Shown: positions 18,474 through 26,337 of the stretch, in pieces
Position numbering within the stretch: position 1 is the stretch's first letter
Layout: every line of letters begins with the position of its first letter
From: an uncultured Candidatus Saccharibacteria bacterium
GTDB lineage: Bacteria > Patescibacteriota > CPR2_A > CAYFQT01
Direction: 5' to 3'
Assembly: GCA_964345445.1 (NCBI GenBank)
Contig: CAYFQT010000038.1
Span: forward strand, 30,893 to 94,892
DNA: 64,000 nt
Translations under genes and position numbers: made by a program
The notes under the pieces: generated by a model
Databases searched by the model: none
What the model saw: only the letters and a program-made list of their open reading frames with translations
Told to the model about the DNA's origin: nothing

Positions 18474-18533
18474 GAACTCCTGTTTATTTATATATTTTGG
18501 TTTTCAAACCAAAAACAACAGGGGTTCTTTTTT
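18474..18533 (+). terminator. candidate terminator (long-loop hairpin plus T-run)
   Basis: GAACTCCTGTT ... AACAGGGGTTC with nested TTGGTTTTCAAACCAA hairpin, then TTTTTT. Confidence 0.45.
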
Positions 18534-18800
18534 ATTCTCCTTCTTAGACACCCACTTTTAAACTGGGGATGAATACGCAAAAAAGAAGTTTTCTGCTTTA
18601 GGGGATTTCGCAAAAAAGAAATATTAGATAACCCGGGTTTTAATTTGGGTAAGCTTCATTTATTAGTTATTAATTTAGTATTATAAAAGTTTTTATTTTG
18701 TAGTATAATTAAATAAGTTACATTAAACAATATAATAAGAATTATTTGATTACACTGGAGTGAAACAAAAGCTCTAATGTAAAGAAGGAGAATAATTATA

Positions 18801-20039
18801 ATGACAAACATTAATTTTAGCAATATTATAAAAAATCTAGAGAGAGTTTCTAATATAATAGATGTTGATGAAGATGTTATAGAGATTTTATCAAGTCCCC
18901 AGAGAGTTATTCAAGTAAGTATTCCAGTAAAAATGGACTCTGGTAATATAGAAGTTTTTCAAGGATATCGTGTTCAATATAATAATGCTCGAGGACCATA
19001 TAAAGGCGGTATTCGTTATCATCCAGATACTGGACTTGATGAGATTCAAACATTGGCAGCACTTATGGCTTTTAAATGTACAGTAGCTAATATTCCTTTC
19101 GGTGGCGCCAAGGGCGGTATAAAATCTGATCCTACCAAGATTTCTAAAGATGAACTTGAAAGATTAACTCGAGGCTATATAGATAGGATTTATGAAGTTA
19201 TTGGCCCTCAAAAAGATATTCTAGCTCCGGATATTTATACAGATGCTCAAATTATGGCTTGGGTTATGGATGAATATAGCAGAAGAACTGGTTATAATGT
19301 AACAGCAGTTGTAACAGGAAAACCAATAGAAATTGGTTGTTCAGCAGAGAGAGGAGGATCGACATCACTGGGGGGTGTTATTATATTAAAGGAAGCTTTA
19401 AAGTCAATAAAATCTAAACCATCTGATACAAAAGTGGCTATTCAGGGATTTGGAAAAGTAGGTTCTTTCATGGCGAGTTTTTTGGAAAAAGAAGGTTTTA
19501 AAATAATTGCTATATCTGATGTTTCAGGCGGGATAATGAACAAAAAGGGATTAAATGTTCAAGAAATTTTAAAATACAATCAGAAAACTGGTAGTGTTAC
19601 TGGTTGTCCTAAAACTGATAAAATTACTAATAGCCAATTATTAGAATTAGATATTGATGTTCTTATACCCGCTGCTGTAGAAAATCAGATTACTGAAGAA
19701 AATGCTGATAAAATAAAGGCTAGAATAATTCTAGAGATGGCTAATGCTCCCATAACACAAATTGCTGATGGAATGTTGGAAAAAAGAAAGATTATTGTTG
19801 TTCCAGATATTTTGGCGAATAGCGGAGGAGTGGTAGTTTCTTATTTTGAATGGATACAAGATATGCAGGCTTATTGTTGGTCAGAGGGAGAAGTTGTTAA
19901 AAGATTAAAAGAAGTTATGGTAACATCATTTGACGAAGTGTTAGAAAAGAGTAGAAAGTATAAGACTAGCTTAAGAATGGCTTCTTATATATTGGCTGTA
20001 GAAAGATTATCTGCCGCTATCAATTTAAGAGGAAAATAA
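18801..20039 (+). CDS. gdhA: glutamate dehydrogenase (Glu/Leu/Phe/Val dehydrogenase family)
   Basis: KGGIRYHP, GGAKGG, 412 aa. Confidence 0.92.
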   Translation: MTNINFSNIIKNLERVSNIIDVDEDVIEILSSPQRVIQVSIPVKMDSGNIEVFQGYRVQYNNARGPYKGGIRYHPDTGLDEIQTLAALMAFKCTVANIPFGGAKGGIKSDPTKISKDELERLTRGYIDRIYEVIGPQKDILAPDIYTDAQIMAWVMDEYSRRTGYNVTAVVTGKPIEIGCSAERGGSTSLGGVIILKEALKSIKSKPSDTKVAIQGFGKVGSFMASFLEKEGFKIIAISDVSGGIMNKKGLNVQEILKYNQKTGSVTGCPKTDKITNSQLLELDIDVLIPAAVENQITEENADKIKARIILEMANAPITQIADGMLEKRKIIVVPDILANSGGVVVSYFEWIQDMQAYCWSEGEVVKRLKEVMVTSFDEVLEKSRKYKTSLRMASYILAVERLSAAINLRGK

Positions 20040-20076
20040 TCCAAACTTTTTAAATAAACTTTTCCCCGGGGTAATT

Positions 20077-20865
20077 ATGGATTTTAAGAAATATAATAGT
20101 GATATTGGAACAATCATTTTAGCAGCAGGAAAGGGAACAAGATTAAATTACGGAAAACCTTCTCCTATACCAAAAGTTTTGTATAAAATTTGTGGTCGTC
20201 CAATGATTTCTTATATTTTAGATACTTTAGAGAAGATTGGAATTTGTAATATAGTTATTGTAGTTGGCTACAAAGCGGATTTGGTGGAAAAAGCTTTAGG
20301 AGACAAGTATACTTATGTAATTCAAAAAAAACAGCAGGGGACAGGTAATGCTCCTTTATATGCAAAAAATATATTAGCCGGCAAGGTTGATACAGTTTTA
20401 ATTCTTCAGGGAGATGACTCAGCTTTTTATGAACCTCAAACATTACTGGATTTAATCAATTTGCATAATAGACAAAAAGCTATTTTGACATTCCTAACAA
20501 TTGATCATCCTGCTCCTTCTGAGATGGGAAGAGTAGTGCGAGATAAAAAGGGGAATGTGCAGGGTATTGTTGAGAAAGAGGTAATAACTGAAGAACAAAA
20601 GAAAATTTGTGAGATAAATGCTGGTTTATATTGTTTTAATGATAGATGGCTTTGGCAATCACTCCCGAAATTAAAACACAGCAAGGTAGGGGATGGAGAA
20701 TATGCTCTTCCTGATTTGGTTAATATGGCAACCTCTGAAGGCAAGAAAGTTATAACTTATAAAATTGATGATTTAAATCAATGGGTGGGAATTAATAATA
20801 TAAAGCAATTAGAGCATGCTAATAAATTGATGCGCACAAAGTTAGTCAGTAAGGTAATAAAGTAA
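20077..20865 (+). CDS. sugar-1-phosphate nucleotidyltransferase (GlmU N-terminal-domain-like)
   Basis: IILAAGKGTRL pyrophosphorylase motif; 262 aa with no acetyltransferase domain. Confidence 0.75.
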   Translation: MDFKKYNSDIGTIILAAGKGTRLNYGKPSPIPKVLYKICGRPMISYILDTLEKIGICNIVIVVGYKADLVEKALGDKYTYVIQKKQQGTGNAPLYAKNILAGKVDTVLILQGDDSAFYEPQTLLDLINLHNRQKAILTFLTIDHPAPSEMGRVVRDKKGNVQGIVEKEVITEEQKKICEINAGLYCFNDRWLWQSLPKLKHSKVGDGEYALPDLVNMATSEGKKVITYKIDDLNQWVGINNIKQLEHANKLMRTKLVSKVIK

Positions 20866-20879
20866 TAAGGTTGAGGTAT

Positions 20880-21647
20880 ATGGCAACTTACAAAACAAAA
20901 GGGATAATTTTACATAGAAAAGATTTTTCTGAGTCTGATAGAATTGTTACTATTTTCACCTTGGATTATGGTAAAATATATACTATAGCAAAGGGAATAA
21001 GACGTCCGGGGAGTAAATCATCGGGTCATTTGGAACTTTTTACCTATTGTGATTTATTTATAGCTTCTGGCAGGAATTTAGATATTATTTGTCAAGCAGA
21101 AACAAAAAATAGTTTCCGGCCACTAAGATATAATTTGTTTAAAACTAGCCTTGCTTATTATATAGCTGAGTTGGTTTTAAAGATCGCTCAGGAAAGACAA
21201 AAAAATAAAAATGTTTTTAATTTGCTTAAAGATACTTTTAATTATTTATCAAAAGACGGCAATCCAGAGGTATTACTTAGATGGTTTGAACTTGCTTTGA
21301 TTGGTAATACAGGTTTTCATCCTGAATTTAATCGATGCGTTCATTGCAAAAGAGAAATTAAAGAAAATCAAGAGAATTTCTTTAGCGCCACCTCTGGAGG
21401 TATTTTGTGCCCTTTGTGTATAGAATCTGATTCCTTTGTTATTAGACTATCTAAGGATGCATTAAATAATCTTAGAATTTTACAAAGAAGTGAATTAGAA
21501 GATACAAATCAATTAAAAATTAAAAAAGATATTTTAGAAGAAATTGAAAGTATAATGAATTTTTATATAAATTTTGTTTTGGAAAGAGAATTGAAATCCA
21601 AGAAATTTGTACAGAAGATTAAAAAAGAAAAAATTGCCTATTCTTAA
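20880..21647 (+). CDS. recO: DNA repair protein RecO
   Basis: OB-fold N-terminus and C-x2-C...C-x2-C zinc motif. The ORF track starts at 20871; MATYK at 20880 is the likelier start. Confidence 0.88.
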   Translation: MATYKTKGIILHRKDFSESDRIVTIFTLDYGKIYTIAKGIRRPGSKSSGHLELFTYCDLFIASGRNLDIICQAETKNSFRPLRYNLFKTSLAYYIAELVLKIAQERQKNKNVFNLLKDTFNYLSKDGNPEVLLRWFELALIGNTGFHPEFNRCVHCKREIKENQENFFSATSGGILCPLCIESDSFVIRLSKDALNNLRILQRSELEDTNQLKIKKDILEEIESIMNFYINFVLERELKSKKFVQKIKKEKIAYS

Positions 21648-21763
21648 AGTGATCCCGGTAATTTACCCCGAAAGTTTTCGGGACAATCTTGAACAATAAT
21701 ATACTTCGAATTAATAAAAAAATAAGTCAATAAGCTTATTTCTAATATTATAAAATTTATTAA

Positions 21764-22129
21764 TTGAATATTATGACAAAAAAACAAAGCAAAAAAACAG
21801 CCGAGCAAAAAAAGTGGGAAAAAGAACATTCTAATGGAAAAGCAATATTTTCTTGGACTATTTATGATTATAAAATTTGGGGGATTGAATGTCCTGAGTG
21901 TATTTTGAAAAATCCAGGGAAAACCGAGGGAGAGCTTTTAGGAGAGGAAGAAATTAAAAATTGGTATATTGATTCCATTCAAACATTAATAGTTTTAAAA
22001 GGAGAAAATAAGAAAGTTTATGAAAGGGTGTATAAAGATTTTATCTTGGATTTGAAATATTTGTTGTCTTTAGGTAATATTCCTTTTGAACTTTTGGAAT
22101 ATGCACAAGATGAAAGTAATTTTGGATAG
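21764..22129 (+). CDS. hypothetical protein
   Basis: 121-aa ORF, no domain recognised. Confidence 0.4.
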   Translation: MNIMTKKQSKKTAEQKKWEKEHSNGKAIFSWTIYDYKIWGIECPECILKNPGKTEGELLGEEEIKNWYIDSIQTLIVLKGENKKVYERVYKDFILDLKYLLSLGNIPFELLEYAQDESNFG

Positions 22130-22162
22130 TTTATTAGACTTTAGACCTAGGTAGATATTCAA

Positions 22163-22304
22163 TATAATCGCTCAGGGGAACGAAAATTTGCTTCTGCCCC
22201 GTAATAAAACGGGATAAACGGAACTTCTTTATCTCAGACAGCTTGCCCCGTAGGAGCAAAGGGACTTTCGGGGGCCTCGTGCACAAATTTTATTTCCTTC
22301 GCTT
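22163..22304 (+). ncRNA. conserved structured leader element, copy X (TATAATCGCTCAGGGGAACGAAAATTTGCTTCTGC ... CCTCGTGCACAAATTTTATTTCCTTCGCTT)
   Basis: The 5' 35 nt and 3' 30 nt are near-identical to copy Y at 33239-33334. AAAATTTGC and GCAAATTTT form a closing stem around a GC-rich variable core. Confidence 0.5.
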
Positions 22305-22331
22305 AAAAGATTAATTAAAAAGGACTATTGA

Positions 22332-23726
22332 ATGGCTTTTAATTTGATGGAAAAAATTGTATCCCTATGTAAACGTCGAGGTTTTATATTTCCTTCCTCT
22401 GAGATTTATGGAGGAATTGGTGGATTTTGGGATTGGGGCCCATATGGAACAGAACTTAGAAATAATATAAAAAAAGCTTGGTGGAAAAATATAGTCCAAC
22501 AGCAAGATAATATTGTAGGTTTAGAGAGTTCCATTATTTCCAATCCCAAAGTTTGGGAAGCTTCAGGCCATACATCTTCCTTTGCTGATCCTTTGGTTGA
22601 TTGCAAAAAATGCAAAAAGAGATTTAGGGCTGATCATTTAATCCAGTCAATGGAGAAAAAGGAAGATGGGGTAGTTACCTCAGCAGAGATAGAAAAACTT
22701 AAAAAGGCCTTGAAGAAAGTTAGCTGTCCTGAATGTGGAGGAGAGCTGACCCAGCCAAGAAAATTTAATCTCCTGGTTCCTACTTATATTGGAGTTATAG
22801 AAGATGAAAAGTCAAAAACTTATCTAAGAGGAGAAACCTGTCAGGGTATATTTGTAGATTATGATTTAATTAGACAGTCTAGCCGGCTGAAAATTCCCTT
22901 TGGTATTGCTCAGATTGGTAAAGCTTTTAGGAATGAAATCACCCCTGGAAATTTTGTTTTTAGGTCTCGGGAATTTGAACAGATGGAATTGGAGTTTTTT
23001 ATAAACCCCAATGATGACAAAAAATGGTTTTCCTATTGGAAAAAGCAAAGATTAAAATGGTTTTTGGATTTAGGAGTGGAAAAAAAGAATTTAAGATTTC
23101 GTGATCACAAGAAAGATGAACTTGCTCATTATGCTAAGGAAGCAACTGATATTGAATACAAATTTCCTTTTGGCTGGAAAGAACTGGAAGGTGTTGCCAA
23201 CCGTACTGATTTTGATCTAAAACAACACTCTAAATATTCTGCAAAAGATTTAAGTTATTTTGATGAAGATACTAAAAAAAGATATATACCTTATGTAATA
23301 GAGCCTTCTTTGGGAGTAGATAGAGCAGCTTTAGTATTTCTATTAGATGCTTACCATGAAGTAAAAGGCGGAAGAACAAAAACAACCGAATCAATTAAGG
23401 AAAAAGAAGTGGTTTTAAAGCTGCATAAAGATCTAACTCCAATTAAAGTAGCAATTTTGCCTCTGTTACGCAAAGACCAGCTAATAAAGAAAACCAAGGA
23501 GATTTATGATTTGATGAAGAATCATTTTATGTCTGAATATGATGAAACTGGTTCAATAGGAAAGCGCTATCGCCGTCAAGATGAAATTGGTACTCCATAT
23601 TGTGTAACTATTGATTTTGATACTTTGAATGATAAAGCCGTCACTGTCCGTGATCGAGATTCAATGGTTCAAGATAGAATAAAGATTGAAAAGTTAGTAA
23701 AATTTTTATGTGAGAAATTAGAATAA
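22332..23726 (+). CDS. glyQS: glycine--tRNA ligase (dimeric GlyQS type)
   Basis: N-terminal KRRGFIFPSSEIYGGIGGFWDWGPYG, class II aaRS core, 464 aa. Confidence 0.92.
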   Translation: MAFNLMEKIVSLCKRRGFIFPSSEIYGGIGGFWDWGPYGTELRNNIKKAWWKNIVQQQDNIVGLESSIISNPKVWEASGHTSSFADPLVDCKKCKKRFRADHLIQSMEKKEDGVVTSAEIEKLKKALKKVSCPECGGELTQPRKFNLLVPTYIGVIEDEKSKTYLRGETCQGIFVDYDLIRQSSRLKIPFGIAQIGKAFRNEITPGNFVFRSREFEQMELEFFINPNDDKKWFSYWKKQRLKWFLDLGVEKKNLRFRDHKKDELAHYAKEATDIEYKFPFGWKELEGVANRTDFDLKQHSKYSAKDLSYFDEDTKKRYIPYVIEPSLGVDRAALVFLLDAYHEVKGGRTKTTESIKEKEVVLKLHKDLTPIKVAILPLLRKDQLIKKTKEIYDLMKNHFMSEYDETGSIGKRYRRQDEIGTPYCVTIDFDTLNDKAVTVRDRDSMVQDRIKIEKLVKFLCEKLE

Positions 23727-23898
23727 TATATCTATTTTATCTCTGCAATAGTGAAAGACCAAAATTGTTTTGTTTTTAATTTGTGGATAAGTGAAGGTTA
23801 GGAATAAGGAATAAGGAAAAAGGAATAAGGAAAAAATGGCTTTTCAAAGCCATTTTTTTATATTTAGGTATATAAATTATTTTTTACTTGACAAGATA

Positions 23899-23926
23899 TT
23901 GACAAATATTGAAAGTGGGGTATAAT
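23899..23926 (+). promoter_or_regulatory. consensus sigma70 promoter TTGACA-16-TATAAT for the mraZ/dcw operon
   Basis: TTGACA 23899-23904, TATAAT 23921-23926; a second TTGACA at 23888. Confidence 0.6.
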
Positions 23927-23986
23927 GGTGACAAAGATATAGATTGTGGATAAAAGTGGGGATAAGTGGTAGAAGCTGTGGATAAG
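23915..23986 (+). promoter_or_regulatory. MraZ-box-like direct repeats ((A/T)GTGG) at 10-bp periodicity
   Basis: GTGG at 23915, 23946, 23956, 23966 and 23978 (AAAGTGGGG x2, TGTGGATAA x2). Three of them equal the DnaA-box consensus TGTGGATAA. Confidence 0.5.
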
Positions 23987-24162
23987 CAGTAGCTAAAACA
24001 CACTAAAGTTACACTAATAAATCACTAAATTAATACTAAAAATAAAGATAGAGTTTTAACTTGTAAAAATACTTTAGTATTTTTACGAAAGAGGAGAAAC
24101 AAACTGAAAGCTGGAGTAATTGCCTATAAGGAAATTAGGAAAGCGGCAGGTTTGTTTGGACG

Positions 24163-24594
24163 ATGTTTATAGGAGAATTTACACATTCAGTTGATAGTAA
24201 AGGAAGATTGGCTGTTCCAGCCAAGTTTCGAAAAAAATTAGCCACAGGCGCTGTAGTTACTCGAGGCTTGGATGATTGTCTTTTTCTATATCCTAAAGTT
24301 GAATGGGAAAAACTAGCTAAAAAGTTATCCCAGCTTCCTATAAGTCAGAAGAATGCCAGGGCTTTTGCTAGATTAATGTTAGCAGGGGCTTATGATGTAG
24401 ATTTAGACAAACAGGGTAGAATAGTCATTCCTGCCTACCTGAGAAGATATGCTTCGATTAAAAATGAAACAGTCATAGCAGGACTTTATAGTAGATTGGA
24501 AATCTGGAGTACAGCTCGCTGGAATAAATATAAAAAAGGAGCAGAGGAAGAAAGTACTGATATTGCCGAACATCTGGGAGAGTTAGGTGTGTAA
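24163..24594 (+). CDS. mraZ: transcriptional regulator MraZ
   Basis: MFIGEFTHSVDSKGRLAVPAKFR N-terminus, two MraZ repeats. Confidence 0.92.
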   Translation: MFIGEFTHSVDSKGRLAVPAKFRKKLATGAVVTRGLDDCLFLYPKVEWEKLAKKLSQLPISQKNARAFARLMLAGAYDVDLDKQGRIVIPAYLRRYASIKNETVIAGLYSRLEIWSTARWNKYKKGAEEESTDIAEHLGELGV

Positions 24595-24802
24595 TATTAA
24601 AAATTTTTTGTTTGCTAGTAGCTAGTAGCCAGTTTTTTAAAAAATGGCTGTAGAGTTTATTTAAAGATGATTAAAAATTGAATACTCCGAAAACCTTCGG
24701 AGTAACCATTTGTTCACCTCCTTAAAGTTAAAACCCCACAAAAACAAAAATATTTTTTAAAACCCCACAGGCTGGCTACTAGTTTACAATATTATAAAAA
24801 AT

Positions 24803-25735
24803 ATGTCAGATGCTCAAAAACATATACCTGTTCTTTTAAAGGAAACATTAAATTTTTTAAATCCTCAACCAAATCAAAATTTTATTGATTGCACAGTAGG
24901 GGGAGGAGGACATTCTCAAGCTATTTTGTCTCACATAGCCCCTCGTGGTAAACTTTTAGGAATTGATAAAGATAAGGCGGCAATAGAAAAAGCAGAAAAG
25001 AATTTAAAGAAATATGAATCCAGATATATTCTTATAAGAGATAATTTTGTAAATTTAAAAAATATAGTTTCTGAATATAAATTTTTCAATGTAGATGGAA
25101 TTTTATTTGATTTAGGTATTTCCTCAATTCAGCTTTCCGATAAAAGAAGAGGGTTTTCATTCCTTTTCGATGCACCTTTGGATATGCGAATGGATCAAAG
25201 GAATATTCTTACTGCTTCAGATATTATAAATAATTGGGAAGAAGTGGATTTGATTAAAATTTTTAGAGATTATGGTGAGGAAAGATATGCAAGGAAGATT
25301 GCTCAAGCTATTGCTGATTTGAGAGCAAAAAATCCAATTACTCGGAGTTTGCAGTTAGTAGAGATAATTACTAAGATAAAGCCTCATAATAGAAGGATAC
25401 ATCCAGCAACAAAAGTTTTTCAGGCTTTAAGGATTGCTGTAAATAATGAGTTAGAGAATTTAAAGAATATATTACCAGATTGTCTATCTATCCTGGAAAA
25501 AGGAGGGAAAATTGCAGTGATTTCTTTTCATTCTAAAGAAGACAGAATTGTAAAAGATTTTTTTAGAAAAGAGTCAAAAGATTGTATCTGCCCTCCTAAA
25601 ACTTTAGTTTGTAGGTGCAAACATAAAGCAAAACTTAAAATAATAACTAAAAAGCCAATTACAACTACAAATAAAGAAATAAAACAGAATTTGAAAAGTC
25701 GCAGTGCTAAATTAAGAGTAGCCCAGAAGGTATAA
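24803..25735 (+). CDS. rsmH: 16S rRNA (cytosine1402-N4)-methyltransferase
   Basis: HIPVLL, GGGGHS SAM-binding motif. Confidence 0.93.
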   Translation: MSDAQKHIPVLLKETLNFLNPQPNQNFIDCTVGGGGHSQAILSHIAPRGKLLGIDKDKAAIEKAEKNLKKYESRYILIRDNFVNLKNIVSEYKFFNVDGILFDLGISSIQLSDKRRGFSFLFDAPLDMRMDQRNILTASDIINNWEEVDLIKIFRDYGEERYARKIAQAIADLRAKNPITRSLQLVEIITKIKPHNRRIHPATKVFQALRIAVNNELENLKNILPDCLSILEKGGKIAVISFHSKEDRIVKDFFRKESKDCICPPKTLVCRCKHKAKLKIITKKPITTTNKEIKQNLKSRSAKLRVAQKV

Positions 25736-25897
25736 ACTTACTAAATAACCAATTAACTAAAGAACCAAAGAACAAAATTATTATTATATTGTGATGTTAT
25801 TAAGTTATTCAGTTTTTTAAAGGTAAAAATTATGGGAAGATTATTAACTTTTACAATTTCAGAATCACAGGATAGGAGAGCAACAGGTGGAAACATT

Positions 25898-26191
25898 ATG
25901 CCTAAGATTAAAATAGGTCCTATATCTTTGACTTTTATCACTATAATTTTAGCTTGTCTCTTGTGCCTTTTCTATCTAGTTCAGTCTAATGCAGTAACTA
26001 CCAAAAGCTATGATATAAGAGAATTAGAAAGTAAAAAAGAACAAATTCAAGAAGAAAATGAAAGGCTACAGTTGGAAGCAGCAAGGTTACAATCAATTAA
26101 AGAAGTTGAAGAGGAGGCTAAAGATTTAAAGATGGTTCCTTCAAAAAAAGTCGATTTTCTCACCCCTTCTTCTGGTGTAGCAAGTAAATAA
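25898..26191 (+). CDS. ftsL: FtsL/DivIC-like cell-division protein
   Basis: Single TM followed by a coiled coil, in the dcw position after rsmH. The ORF track starts at 25832. Confidence 0.6.
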   Translation: MPKIKIGPISLTFITIILACLLCLFYLVQSNAVTTKSYDIRELESKKEQIQEENERLQLEAARLQSIKEVEEEAKDLKMVPSKKVDFLTPSSGVASK

Positions 26192-26254
26192 TGTTCTTTG
26201 ATTTTATATAATCTTATAAATGTATCTTTATAGTTTGTACTTTAGTTCATTAAA

Positions 26255-26286
26255 ATAGCTCTTGTTATAAATAAGAGCTATTTTTT
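26255..26286 (+). terminator. intrinsic terminator inside the dcw cluster (after ftsL)
   Basis: ATAGCTCTT-GTTATAAAT-AAGAGCTAT followed by TTTTTTG. Confidence 0.5.
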
Positions 26287-26337
26287 GATATAATAGTTAA
26301 AGATAAAATATTTTATTTAATTAAATTGGAGTATTGA

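Noticed and set aside
22130-22331. T-box riboswitch hypothesis for the glyQS leader
   Set aside because: No T-box 14-mer (AATTAGGGTGGNACCGCG-like), no specifier-loop or antiterminator architecture. The same element recurs upstream of murG, where a T-box makes no sense.
23780-23990. Calling this region the chromosomal origin (oriC) on the basis of DnaA boxes
   Set aside because: No dnaA or dnaN nearby. The boxes are in phase with an (A/T)GTGG array at 10-bp spacing directly on the mraZ promoter, which is better explained as an MraZ operator. oriC is not excluded, but it cannot be supported from this window alone.
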